From a virus (Duplodnaviria; Caudoviricetes), in IMG/VR virus record IMGVR_UViG_3300010282_000007, positions 6,297-70,296 of that record: a stretch of DNA of 64,000 nucleotides; one strand, given 5' to 3'. A program made the translations under genes and the position numbers. This document shows positions 1 to 10,142 of the stretch, one piece after another; position 1 is the stretch's first letter; each line of letters starts with the position of its first letter. Under the pieces are notes generated by a model. It saw only the letters and a program-made list of their open reading frames with translations. It made no database searches and had not been told where the DNA came from.

Positions 1-3000
1 CATCTGTTCCCCTTCACCTCCCTTGCCGAAGAAACGACCTAACTCCGAAAGCACCGCTCCCATCGAACCGCTTGGGTCGTTGTAGTTGAATGCTCCATTC
101 TCGCCAAACAGCCGTTCACGCAGATTTTCCATCATCGGCTCGATAATGCCTACTTTGAGCATTTGGCTGACAACGGAGCGCATGATGTCGGAAACTGCAT
201 TCTCGTATGCAAGGGCGGCTGATGTGCCGTTCTCAAAGGCATTCATCAAGGCATCACCGATTTGGTCCGCCCAGCCTTTCAGGTCTATCGACCAAAGTTC
301 GTTGGCCAAGTCCTGCGTGTAGTTCATTATCTGGTCATCCAACTCTGCCATCTTCTGCTTGTACTCTTCCAATGCCTCCTTGGATTCCTTCTTCTTGGAT
401 TTCTCCTTGTCGTACATCTTCAAATACTCTTCGCGCTGTGTCTTCAAGGCTTCAAGTTCTTGTGCGTAACCTGTTTCGCCGTTGCTCCCACGCATGTAGT
501 ATTCGTACATCGCCTTGCCGCTGCTTGACCTATCACCTGCATACATCGCAGCCATCATTTTACGGTACATACCTTTATCGTAGCCAAGCGACCTGTCTCT
601 TGACTTCCGTATGAGGTTGAGCGTATCGTCGATTTTCTCCACTTCGTGCTTCAGTTCATCTATCTGACGTTCACGCCTCTTGTCATGTAGTTGGGCAAAC
701 CCTGTTATCGGGGATGCTATCATTTCAAATGGTGCTGCAATGGCATTGGAAACAATGCCGCCTACGTCGCCCCTTTGTGCGCTTTGGAGGATGCCGCTTG
801 CAGGAGCGAAGATGGAAGAGACTGCGGAAATTCCGTCTGCAAGGTCGCCCCAAGCATTTGCCTGTGCCTCCTTTCCAAGCGCATCAAACATCGTTGACAA
901 TGCAGTGGCGGCTCTTTGCAAGCCGTCGAACGTACCAGTAACAAGACTGATGATAAACTCAAAGTCACCAAGTTTGCCAGATACATTGTCAAGTTTGTCG
1001 ATATATTCCTGCATCTTGTCGGCCTCTTTTTGTTCGCCGCTTGCATCGTAAAGTTCCTTTTTGCCGACGAGCCAATTACGAAGGCCGCTAACACCGCCAT
1101 TGACATAACTTGAAAGTCCGTTGTTCTTGCCAAATAGTGTGTTTTTCTCCCAGTTTTGCCGTACATCGTCAAGTTTTCGCACCTCTTCGCGATACTGCTG
1201 CAAGGTAATCAAGTTGTGGTCGTACATGTCATTAAGGCGAGCCATCGCACCCTCAATGGCATTGGTCACTTGACCGCGTGTGAGAGCGGATGCGTTGGTC
1301 ATCAGTTCAACGTAACCGGGGCTAAGTTGGTAGTTCTTGTAGTCTCGCTCTGCTGCTGCTTGGGAAAGTGCCTCGTCAAAATGTTCATCGCTTATCTTTC
1401 CTATTGCAAGCAAGGAAAGCAACATTTTCTTCCTCTCGTCAAAATCCTTGTTGTTCTTTTGTATCTGCGTACCATAATCAACGGCTGCACCTACAAGTTG
1501 TGCGTAGCCAACAATGTCATTCTTTATAACATCGTCGCTCAACTTTTTCCATTCTTTCAACCCCTTGGCAATGCCGCCAATCATATTTTCGTATTCCGTG
1601 CCGCCAAGCAATCTTTTTACATACTTGTCAATGTCTTCTTCTGACATTTTCGACACGGCATCAAAGTCGATGGTTTTGTCAAGGCCGGGGAATATCATCG
1701 CTGCGTCAAGCCTGTTGCGCAAAGAGTCGGCTGAATTTCGAGCGTTGAAATCTTTGTCGCCTTTTTGGAAACCAGCCATACGGACAGCCAAAAGTTTGTC
1801 TCCAGTAGCATCAAGCACACTATTGAAAATTTCCCAGCGTCTTGTCAACTGCTCCATTTCTTTGTCAAAGTCGGAGGTAAATGCAGTACTGTCGCGCTGG
1901 AACTTCAGCATTGCTATCTGCGCCTTTTCATCCTCGCCCTGGCGTATCACCTCTTCGGCGCGTTCATCCTTGCCCTTGTTCTTCGCACGTCTTGCCTGTG
2001 CCTTGGCGATTACTGCATCAAGAGCCTTTTCGTAGGCTTCAAGACTTTCGATGTCTTTCTTTGAGACAAGTCCCTTGAACATTTCTTGAACCTTTTCCAA
2101 GGCCGCAGAATGACCAACTTCCTTTTCCCACTTGTCATACCAAGAACGAGCATCTTTCAGCAAGCGAATGCGCTCTTTCCATCCTTTTATTTCCCTATCT
2201 TCTTCTTTCTTTGCAGCTTTTTCGGCATCTTTCTTTTTCTTGTCAATGTCTTTCTTGTTTTTCTTTTCGTCTTCAAGACTAAAGCCAAGAGCCTTTGATG
2301 CTTCACTGGACTTGTTGAATATGTCAGTCATTTCATTCCATCCGCGAAGAGCCTTTTCAAGAGCCTCCCTTACAAACTCCGGCGCTTTTGCGACTGCGGC
2401 CTTTATCTGCTCTTCGGTAAGTTTCGTTCCAATCTTTGCAGAAAGGCCAAACTTTAAAAGGATGGGATTTGCTTTCTCAAAGTAATCTTTCGCTTGCTTG
2501 TATTTCTTACGTGCATCGTCAATGGCATCATTGATGTGTTCGGCAAACTTTATGACAACAGTCCAATCACCCTCGACAAGACTGTCAAGGATTTGCGTTG
2601 TTTCATTAACTTTTGGAACAAACTTGCTATCGTCCAAGTTCAAAGGAATATTGAAATGCTTGGCAAAAAGTTTCATGAGCCACCTCATTGTCTCTTCGGA
2701 AAGACCTTGAATAGACTCAAGTTGTTGTTTGTAGCCAATGAGCAAAGCCTGCTGCTGCTCTTTTGTCATATTGTTGACATCAACACCTTTTGTCTGCATT
2801 TCGGCAGTAACTTGCGCGTAGAAAGCATCAAGTTCCTCTACCATTTCCGCACGAGCATTTTGCATATCATCTTGCGTCGTGTGGAACAACGAGAAATTTA
2901 ATCTATCTATTGCATCGCTTGTGTCAGCACTTGCCCCAAACGCTTTCCACGCATCAGAAAACTCTTCCTGATATTTAGCCAAGAACATAAACTTTTGAGC

Positions 3001-6000
3001 GTAGGTGTCCATGTCCTTTGTCGCATTGGCGAAAGTTTCCGATTGCTTTTCAGCGGCCTTAACGCCGTTGTCAATGGCTTTTTGATATTTCCGATAAGTC
3101 GTAGCGACATTTGCCCCGAAACTTTTGAGTTTCTTTTCGTAGTTGCCGATGTCAGTCATGACATTATCATCAAACCAACCGCCATCGGTGGCCTTTACTG
3201 CATTGCTGAAAACTACGTCCATATCCTGCAGTCCGTATTGGGCGAGTACAACTTCCTCTATCGCAACTTTGAGGTTGTTGAAACGCTCTTCCAACGAGAG
3301 AAGAGAGCCATCTGCACCGAAAAAGGCATTGTTCAGTATCTGACCCGCATTGACTGCATAGTTCTCAATGTATGTGGTCCATTCCTCAATGGTTTGCTGC
3401 ATGTCCCCCTTGTCGATTTCGGGAAACTTTATCTTCGCGCTCGATATGTTTGAAATGTTGAGGTCGGCAGTGTTTACACCCTTGCCGTTTGCATTGACAA
3501 TGCTCATTTCATTGTTCTGCATCATCGTGCGAGTGTTCTTTATGGCCTCCTGCGAGTGCTGGTAGATGCTGTTTGCAAGTTCGTCGGCGGCTTCCATTTC
3601 ACGGCTGTTGCGCTGCCACAACTCGATTACGGCAGTAAATGCAGTCATTAACAACATCGGCCATGAGAAGAAGGCTTTTAACGATGCACCAAAGCCGGAC
3701 AATGCCAACTGCGTTTTTGCAAGTCCCAAACGCCAACCTGACAAAATCTTCGTGTTGTTCAACATCGAATACCCGGTTGCTTTTATCTGCGCGTCAAGTT
3801 GAGCCTCTTTGATGATTTGGATAGCCTCTGCCATCGTGAGCCTCTTCAAGGCCACCATTCTTGAAATTGTTTCAACAGTTACCTTCTGCTGCGACAATGC
3901 AAGAGTAAGGTCTGCGACTTGCTGTTTCCTTGCATACAAAACCCTCAATTCCTGCTGCGCGGTGAGAGGTTTGCCAAGCATCATCCTCAAACGCTCCTGT
4001 GTGGTGAGGAGTTTGGAGGTTGCCAACTGCGACCTTTCTGCGGTAGTCAATGTTCGGTAAATGGATGCTTGCCGCAACATTGCTGCCTCTTTTTGCCTAT
4101 GCGCTGCGATTGATGCAAGAGTTTGGGCATTTGCCGCGCCAAGGGTCTGCGTGTATAGCATGGTGACGGTGCGCATAAACACCCAAGAGCCGCCAACCGA
4201 TGCCATCACGGTAGCAACATCCTTCCAGTTCCTTGTCAGCTCCATAAGGACATTCGCCACACCTTTCAAAGCATCACCAATGCCACCTTCGGCCATTTCG
4301 CCGTACATAATATCCATAGCATCTTTGACGTTCTTGAACTTCGCCTTGACGCTCTCTGATATTACTTCCTGCATGTTGTAGAACATACCGCCCTCATTGG
4401 TCAAGTCTTTCAGAACACCAACCACGTCTTCGTAACTGACTTCTTTCTTCTTGACCATATCGCGGATTTCCTTGGTGGTCTTGCCAAGTTTCTCGGAAAG
4501 TTTCTGCAACAACGGCACGTTACCCATGGAGAACTGGCGAAGAGTATAACCACTCAATGCTGCCTCCGAACGAACGTGGCCTAATGCCAATGCCAAGCGG
4601 TCAACACTTGTGCCTGTCGCAGCGGAAATGTCGGCCAAACGCTTCGTCATATCAAACAACTCATGATACTTGAACCCGTATGCAGTAAGTTGCTTGGTCA
4701 TTTGGTCGAGTTCCACAACGCCGAATGGTGATTGTGTTGCCAAACCCTTGATTTGGTTGAAGAGAGTGTTTGCCTGCGATTGGTTCTGAAGGATTGCGCC
4801 AATGGAAAGTCTTTGCATTTCCAACTGACCGCCAATCTCGATGATGTTCTTCAAGAAACCTTGCGCACCCCAAACTCCAAGGTATTGTGTTGCCAGCATC
4901 TTCAAGTCGGAGAGGACTTGGCTCTGACCGCGAATCTTCTCGTTGGATTGGCTTAACGCTTGTGCCAAGCGTTGCTGCTCGGAGGTGAGTTGTTGTGTAG
5001 CTTGATTTGCTTGTTGTTTGGCATTTACAAGTTGCTGCGTATTTGAAATAAGCGGAGAATAGTCCATTGCGCCGCCTCTTCCAAGAGAAAATAGTTCTTT
5101 TGTTGAATAACTATTTATCCTCTGCATCGCAGTTTCCAACTGCCGCATTTCTTCACGAATAGAACGCAATGCGTTACGCACGGCATCGTATTGTTCCATG
5201 CCAAGGGCATTTTTACCTTTTGACAAAAGCCCACCTAAATCAGATGCCTGCGAGCGCAACAATTCCATTCGTGCCTTGACCAACTCTTGTGCTTGTTTAC
5301 GCAATGTTTCTGCGCTTTGCTGCCTTGCCTTATTGTCGCCATCTTGTACGCGCCTGCTTTTTGCAAGTTGCGCGTCATGTTGAGCGAAAGCATTTGTCAG
5401 TTCCTCAAGTTTGCGTTGATGCTTTTTCGCAGCCTCTCCCGCAACTTCTTGAATTTCAGCCTGACGTTTCATACTTGCCCATGTAGCATCGTCGGCTGCG
5501 GACTGTGGCCCGGTGTAACCGCGCAAATGCTCCAACCCAAGTTTGCGACCAATATCTATTGGCTGCAAAGCGGCAAACTTTTCAAACGTAACAAATAGTG
5601 CGTCAAGTTGAGACTTAAAACCACTGACATCCAAGCCCTCCGCTTTGAATGCACCAATAAGGCTTCTCAGCCGTTCGAGATTTTCTTGTATGACGGTCTT
5701 CTGCTGCTGCATATCGCCAGGATAAATCTGTTCCTTGCGAAACTGCGCCATTTGTGCTTCATAAGAAACGCCTTTCTTGTATAAGCCAGACTTTACTAAT
5801 TCATCCCACCGGGTAGGGGATATGGTTTGCATTGCCATACCCGCGCGTGCCAATTCTTGCTCTAATCTTTGGATTTGTGTGTATAATGCACCTACGGCAT
5901 CTATCTGCTTTTGGATTTCAGCCGTATTTTGATTGGAGAATAGATTTACTTTCCCCTGTGCATAACTTTCCGCAGACATTCCAAGCAACTTCTCACGCTG

Positions 6001-8847
6001 CGCAATCAACTTTTCTTGCTGGTTGATAACAGGAGTAATGGCTATTTTTAAGTTGGTAAACCCTGCTATCAATTCGCTGACGGCATGGTTGTCACCAAGT
6101 TTAGCATTGCCAAAAGATGCCATTCTCTCGTAAAAGACTTGCGCCTCTTTTAATGCAGTAGCGGTCTTGGTCATATCCATACCAAGCATTCCACCTCTCT
6201 GACCTGCAACTTCCAACCTATTCATCAAAGCAACCGTTGCTTCCAACGCTTGATTGTAACGACGCTGGTTGGTTTCCATAACCTCCGTTTTCTTGGTGGT
6301 TGTCTTTTCGGTTTTGGAGTTCATCTTCTCCTGCTCTCTCGCAACTTCGCCATATACTGACTTCAGTCGAGAGAATTGCCCAATAAGTTCATTCAAGGCA
6401 CGGAAATTACCCATATCCTTAAACTGCAAGGCTTTCTCAAGGAATTGGAAAACATCGCGCGAACCCACGTTTGTCAATGTTGTACTCAACCCCAAACCAT
6501 GGCTTTTTGAGCCTGCTTCTTCAAGTCTGCGCAAAAGTTTCTCCGTATCGACAAGCATTTGATTGTAACGGCGTTGTGCGGTTTCACGCTCCGAATTGCC
6601 CCATACGTTAGAATCCAAACGCATTTCATTGTTCAATGTTCGCATAGCCTGTGCAGTACCAGTAACAGAATGCGTCAACTTGTCAAAGTGACCGCCAAGC
6701 AAAGTGACATCGTTGCCCATCGCATCCTTGCCAAAAGGAGTAGTCCTTAACGAGCCAACCGTGTTAACGAAATGAATCCATTTTTGGTCGCCTTGATTGA
6801 CAAGATACAATATCTCGGTGATGGATTTCTTCAAGTTTTCCAATCCCTTCAAATTGTCCATTTGGTCTCCACGCAACCTACCCATGCCAAGGACGGGATG
6901 CCCCTCGCCAAAATCAATGCTCTTCTTTGCAATGGCAATCAAACGCTCGATATGCCCCTGCTCCTTGATAAGAGTTTGGATGTTGCTCTTGCCAACACGG
7001 GTAATGCTCTCCATCCAAGGGATGTTTACGCTACCTCCAGCACCCATCGCACTCCTGACTTGGCCAAGAGCGGATGCCACCTTGATAAGTCCTTGCTCTT
7101 CTTGCTTGATTTCCTCATTGCTTTGGCCTGACACGCCTTTCTTTCTTCCACCGCCGCTGCTTTTTGCTGCATTGATAGCAGCCATCGCAGCATTGATTTC
7201 CTTTAGAGCCGCGCCCCATCCCGAAAGGAGGTCTTTCAAGTCTTGATTGCTGCCAATGGTCGCCTTGAACTTGCTGAATGCTTCGGTGAGTTTATTGATG
7301 GCCTCAACGGCATTGTTCACCCTTTCTGTAAACCTTGTGAAACTATCGCCCTTGATGGCCTCCTTGGCTTCAGAAATGTAACTCAAACTTTTTTTCAGGT
7401 CTTCAATGACTGCGGCTCTTATGGTTGCCCCAATTTCCTTTTGGGACATGCCTTGCTGCGCTTGCTTCTCTGCGTTGGCTTGCGCTTGTGAGGCTTGTGT
7501 CAGTTTTTTCTTTGCATGGTAAAGTTCGTTTTCTGCTTCGACCCTTCTTTTAAGGTTGTCGAGTTGTTCTTTTCCGTTTTCTAACTGTGTGTTTTTTGAA
7601 GCAATTTCAGCCTTTCTTAATTGTTGTGCTATAAGCGTTTCATTATAAGTTATGGCTTCTTTGTATCGTTCAATCATATCTTTTGAAGCGGCACCAGCGG
7701 CCAAATCTGCCTTCAATTCTCGATTCCCGTAGATAGCAGATTTTATCTCAGAAATATTAAATCCCAAACCGCTTGTAGTTGGAACTTTGGATAATTTCTG
7801 CTCAAGAGCAACAATTTCCGCTTCGAGTTTTTTTACGTTAGCCGCCGCTTCGGTTGCCGACAACTTAATGTTGTTTATTCCACCAGATTCTTGCTGTGTT
7901 GCCTGCGTTGACTGCTGCGTTATTTGCGCCAACTGCTGTGTTGTTTGAGCTAATTTTTTTTGCGCTGCTTCAAGTTGATTTTTTTTCTCAACTAATTCAG
8001 ACTGCACTTGGGATAGTTGTTTAAACTCGTCGATTTCCCTTCTAAGTTCTCTATGTGAATTGGCCGCATTTGTAACAGAGTCGTAAGCAGATAGTGCCGT
8101 TTTTTTAGAACCTGCTGCTTGAATGCTCGCCAAGGCTGCACGATACTGCTCAAGAGCATATTGAGCCGCTTTATATTCAATGCTATTCTTCTTTGTAGCA
8201 TTTGCAATTTGCTCAAGATTATGTATTTCTTCTTTTATATCAGGAGACCCAAGTCTAAAAGTATTTGCAACGGCTTGTGTAGAAATAGTTTGTTTGAACT
8301 TTTCAATTTCTTTTTTATTCCCATTGGCCATTGCATTTTTTAATTCAGATACAAGTTTATTTGCCGAATCAAAAAAACCAAAATTATCGGATGCAAGATT
8401 CCCAAATTTAACATTCTTAAATGCGTTTGAAAAAACAGAACTTAATTGTTTTTCCAATTCATACTCCCAATGGCGAATGTTTCTAAAAGAAGCCTCCAAT
8501 TCTTTTTCAAGGTCTTTTCCTTGAAATTTAACACCCAACTGAGAAATTCTTTCATAAGTTTTTTGAAGTTTTTCAACTTGCGCATTAAGCGTGTTGACTT
8601 CTTTTTCTTGTTGCTTCAGCGCAGCCGTAGCGGTTTCAACCTCCTTTGCCAACTTCTCGCCAACATTGGAGGTGGGACTATTGCTGCCTTTCAAGGTTTC
8701 AAGCAGATTTGTCAAATCCTTCAGACCCTCAACATTGACTTTGATGTCCTTGTCTTTCAAGTTTTTCAAGGCACTTTCAATCCTGACCAACTCAGCGGAA
8801 GCATGGTCTTCTATGGCTATCCTAAATTTCAATGCGTTTAATGCCAT
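1..8847 (-). CDS. Tail tape measure protein, 3'-truncated by the window edge (>2949 aa)
   Basis: ATG at 8847 (MALNALKFRIAIEDHASAEL). The same frame reads sensibly at every point checked down to base 1. It is absent from the ORF track, consistent with no stop inside the window. Tape-measure-type domain near 4200-4900 (QSPFGVVELDQMTKQLTAYG...NEGGMFYNMQE). Lies directly downstream of the tail chaperone. Confidence 0.9.
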   Translation of the reverse strand, partial: MALNALKFRIAIEDHASAELVRIESALKNLKDKDIKVNVEGLKDLTNLLETLKGSNSPTSNVGEKLAKEVETATAALKQQEKEVNTLNAQVEKLQKTYERISQLGVKFQGKDLEKELEASFRNIRHWEYELEKQLSSVFSNAFKNVKFGNLASDNFGFFDSANKLVSELKNAMANGNKKEIEKFKQTISTQAVANTFRLGSPDIKEEIHNLEQIANATKKNSIEYKAAQYALEQYRAALASIQAAGSKKTALSAYDSVTNAANSHRELRREIDEFKQLSQVQSELVEKKNQLEAAQKKLAQTTQQLAQITQQSTQATQQESGGINNIKLSATEAAANVKKLEAEIVALEQKLSKVPTTSGLGFNISEIKSAIYGNRELKADLAAGAASKDMIERYKEAITYNETLIAQQLRKAEIASKNTQLENGKEQLDNLKRRVEAENELYHAKKKLTQASQAQANAEKQAQQGMSQKEIGATIRAAVIEDLKKSLSYISEAKEAIKGDSFTRFTERVNNAVEAINKLTEAFSKFKATIGSNQDLKDLLSGWGAALKEINAAMAAINAAKSSGGGRKKGVSGQSNEEIKQEEQGLIKVASALGQVRSAMGAGGSVNIPWMESITRVGKSNIQTLIKEQGHIERLIAIAKKSIDFGEGHPVLGMGRLRGDQMDNLKGLENLKKSITEILYLVNQGDQKWIHFVNTVGSLRTTPFGKDAMGNDVTLLGGHFDKLTHSVTGTAQAMRTLNNEMRLDSNVWGNSERETAQRRYNQMLVDTEKLLRRLEEAGSKSHGLGLSTTLTNVGSRDVFQFLEKALQFKDMGNFRALNELIGQFSRLKSVYGEVAREQEKMNSKTEKTTTKKTEVMETNQRRYNQALEATVALMNRLEVAGQRGGMLGMDMTKTATALKEAQVFYERMASFGNAKLGDNHAVSELIAGFTNLKIAITPVINQQEKLIAQREKLLGMSAESYAQGKVNLFSNQNTAEIQKQIDAVGALYTQIQRLEQELARAGMAMQTISPTRWDELVKSGLYKKGVSYEAQMAQFRKEQIYPGDMQQQKTVIQENLERLRSLIGAFKAEGLDVSGFKSQLDALFVTFEKFAALQPIDIGRKLGLEHLRGYTGPQSAADDATWASMKRQAEIQEVAGEAAKKHQRKLEELTNAFAQHDAQLAKSRRVQDGDNKARQQSAETLRKQAQELVKARMELLRSQASDLGGLLSKGKNALGMEQYDAVRNALRSIREEMRQLETAMQRINSYSTKELFSLGRGGAMDYSPLISNTQQLVNAKQQANQATQQLTSEQQRLAQALSQSNEKIRGQSQVLSDLKMLATQYLGVWGAQGFLKNIIEIGGQLEMQRLSIGAILQNQSQANTLFNQIKGLATQSPFGVVELDQMTKQLTAYGFKYHELFDMTKRLADISAATGTSVDRLALALGHVRSEAALSGYTLRQFSMGNVPLLQKLSEKLGKTTKEIRDMVKKKEVSYEDVVGVLKDLTNEGGMFYNMQEVISESVKAKFKNVKDAMDIMYGEMAEGGIGDALKGVANVLMELTRNWKDVATVMASVGGSWVFMRTVTMLYTQTLGAANAQTLASIAAHRQKEAAMLRQASIYRTLTTAERSQLATSKLLTTQERLRMMLGKPLTAQQELRVLYARKQQVADLTLALSQQKVTVETISRMVALKRLTMAEAIQIIKEAQLDAQIKATGYSMLNNTKILSGWRLGLAKTQLALSGFGASLKAFFSWPMLLMTAFTAVIELWQRNSREMEAADELANSIYQHSQEAIKNTRTMMQNNEMSIVNANGKGVNTADLNISNISSAKIKFPEIDKGDMQQTIEEWTTYIENYAVNAGQILNNAFFGADGSLLSLEERFNNLKVAIEEVVLAQYGLQDMDVVFSNAVKATDGGWFDDNVMTDIGNYEKKLKSFGANVATTYRKYQKAIDNGVKAAEKQSETFANATKDMDTYAQKFMFLAKYQEEFSDAWKAFGASADTSDAIDRLNFSLFHTTQDDMQNARAEMVEELDAFYAQVTAEMQTKGVDVNNMTKEQQQALLIGYKQQLESIQGLSEETMRWLMKLFAKHFNIPLNLDDSKFVPKVNETTQILDSLVEGDWTVVIKFAEHINDAIDDARKKYKQAKDYFEKANPILLKFGLSAKIGTKLTEEQIKAAVAKAPEFVREALEKALRGWNEMTDIFNKSSEASKALGFSLEDEKKNKKDIDKKKKDAEKAAKKEEDREIKGWKERIRLLKDARSWYDKWEKEVGHSAALEKVQEMFKGLVSKKDIESLEAYEKALDAVIAKAQARRAKNKGKDERAEEVIRQGEDEKAQIAMLKFQRDSTAFTSDFDKEMEQLTRRWEIFNSVLDATGDKLLAVRMAGFQKGDKDFNARNSADSLRNRLDAAMIFPGLDKTIDFDAVSKMSEEDIDKYVKRLLGGTEYENMIGGIAKGLKEWKKLSDDVIKNDIVGYAQLVGAAVDYGTQIQKNNKDFDERKKMLLSLLAIGKISDEHFDEALSQAAAERDYKNYQLSPGYVELMTNASALTRGQVTNAIEGAMARLNDMYDHNLITLQQYREEVRKLDDVRQNWEKNTLFGKNNGLSSYVNGGVSGLRNWLVGKKELYDASGEQKEADKMQEYIDKLDNVSGKLGDFEFIISLVTGTFDGLQRAATALSTMFDALGKEAQANAWGDLADGISAVSSIFAPASGILQSAQRGDVGGIVSNAIAAPFEMIASPITGFAQLHDKRRERQIDELKHEVEKIDDTLNLIRKSRDRSLGYDKGMYRKMMAAMYAGDRSSSGKAMYEYYMRGSNGETGYAQELEALKTQREEYLKMYDKEKSKKKESKEALEEYKQKMAELDDQIMNYTQDLANELWSIDLKGWADQIGDALMNAFENGTSAALAYENAVSDIMRSVVSQMLKVGIIEPMMENLRERLFGENGAFNYNDPSGSMGAVLSELGRFFGKGGEGEQM

Positions 8848-8886
8848 GGTTTTATTTGTTTTGGTTGTTGTAAATAGAGTTGCTTC

Positions 8887-9340
8887 TTAAACACCTTTGC
8901 CCGGACCAGCCGGAACCTTCGTGCCGTTTTTCATAAGTGCAGACAAGTCGTATTTCACGCCTTTCCGCCTGTCTTCCTCCTGCCTTGCAAGCCATTTCTC
9001 GTATGCTTTACGCGCCTTGTCGGCTGTCATTGTGAAACCTTTCTCGCCGGGCTTCGGCTTGTTGTCATCAGCCTTGTAAACGACAATCGGAGCATCAAGC
9101 ATCATCAACTCAACCTGCGCCGCCGTGTAGCCGTAAAGATACTCGTAACGCTCTATGCGTATCAGACCGAAGAAGATGTACCTTGGGAGGAAGAGCCATT
9201 GGAGTTTCTTCCTGTCGCTGAACTGCGCTCCCCACTTTGTTCGCGAAGGATACGCTCGGCTTCTTCCATCCTCATCATCATCAGCGTATCCTTCGCCTCG
9301 GTCAAGGACATGGTAATGAGAAAGAACTGAGTGAGCGGAA
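8887..9340 (-). CDS. -1 frame extension of the tail assembly chaperone (gpGT-like)
   Basis: The -1 frame is open from the A10 run (9341-9350) to the stop at 8887: NSAHSVLSHYHVLDRGEGYADDDEDGRSRAYPSRTKWGAQFSDRKKLQWLFLPRYIFFGLIRIERYEYLYGYTAAQVELMMLDAP... Confidence 0.75.
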
Positions 9341-9731
9341 TTTTTTTTTTGCCTACCTCAAGTATCTCTGCAAGTTGCATTGCAGAATATTCCTTGACAT
9401 AGTAGAACCATCGCCAAAGAATGCCATAGAACAACTTCAAACGCAGCCAGCCGCCATTTGTGACATAAATGGCAGCAGCCTTGCATGCTATCTTTGCGTC
9501 TTCTGCCATTTCATCCAACACGCTTAACTCATGGTCTTTGTCATCGGTTGCCGCCTTGTGCAACATCAAGCGACCTAACTTCTCCAACTGGCTATTGCGC
9601 AACCAACGCAACTTGTATTTCTTGCTCGTTCCAAGTATTGAAACAACAGTCGCATCATTGGCTACGAGCGACGCGTATTGTTTCTGCGCTTCACTCGATG
9701 GCTGCTCTATCTTCGGTTCTCTCTTTGCCAT
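9162..9731 (-). CDS. Tail assembly chaperone (gpG-like), 189 aa
   Basis: Position between major tail and tape measure genes; internal slippery run. Confidence 0.75.
   Translation of the reverse strand: MAKREPKIEQPSSEAQKQYASLVANDATVVSILGTSKKYKLRWLRNSQLEKLGRLMLHKAATDDKDHELSVLDEMAEDAKIACKAAAIYVTNGGWLRLKLFYGILWRWFYYVKEYSAMQLAEILEVGKKKIPLTQFFLITMSLTEAKDTLMMMRMEEAERILREQSGERSSATGRNSNGSSSQGTSSSV
9341..9350 (-). other. Slippery A10 run (GGC AAA AAA AAA ATT), probable -1 frameshift site
   Basis: T10 on the plus strand. A -1 slip joins the chaperone to the open downstream frame. Confidence 0.7.
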
Positions 9732-9753
9732 ATAATTTTGTGGGTTTAATTTG

Positions 9754-9783
9754 AAAAAGGGAGGATTGTCGCGTCCTCCCTTT
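9754..9783 (-). terminator. Intrinsic terminator after the major tail gene and its extension
   Basis: Minus strand AAAGGGAGGA-cgcgacaa-TCCTCCCTTTTT. Confidence 0.7.
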
Positions 9784-9794
9784 GATTTTGACTG

Positions 9795-10142
9795 CTATAG
9801 ATAGCCAATCAAATCGTCTTCTGAATATTCGGAATAGGTGTCATAGTTCGGGTTGAACACAAGACCATACTTCCTATGAAGATAATTGGCAATAGCCTCC
9901 GCAGCTAATTCTACGTTTCCGACATCTGCCGTTTCAAACGTTTCTCCGTCGGGTACGAAGCCTATTTCGTCGCTTTCTCCGTCAACAAGAACATTCGCAT
10001 CGAAAATGCCATTGGAATTGCTGACAAAGACAAGCGGATTTATAAGACCTTCGCCAAAATCTTCAAGAGAGAGATTCTTCACGTAGTACAACGCGCCGGC
10101 GCCGGAGGTTGGTAGGGATGCCTCACCCCCGTCTATCCCCCC
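9795..10142 (-). CDS. Acidic C-terminal extension of the major tail protein (-1 frame)
   Basis: The -1 frame is open from G GGG GGA (10136-10142) through GDGGIDGGEASLPTSGAGALYYVKNLS... to the stop at 9795. The only independent start is a TTG. Confidence 0.6.
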   Translation of the reverse strand, partial: GGIDGGEASLPTSGAGALYYVKNLSLEDFGEGLINPLVFVSNSNGIFDANVLVDGESDEIGFVPDGETFETADVGNVELAAEAIANYLHRKYGLVFNPNYDTYSEYSEDDLIGYL

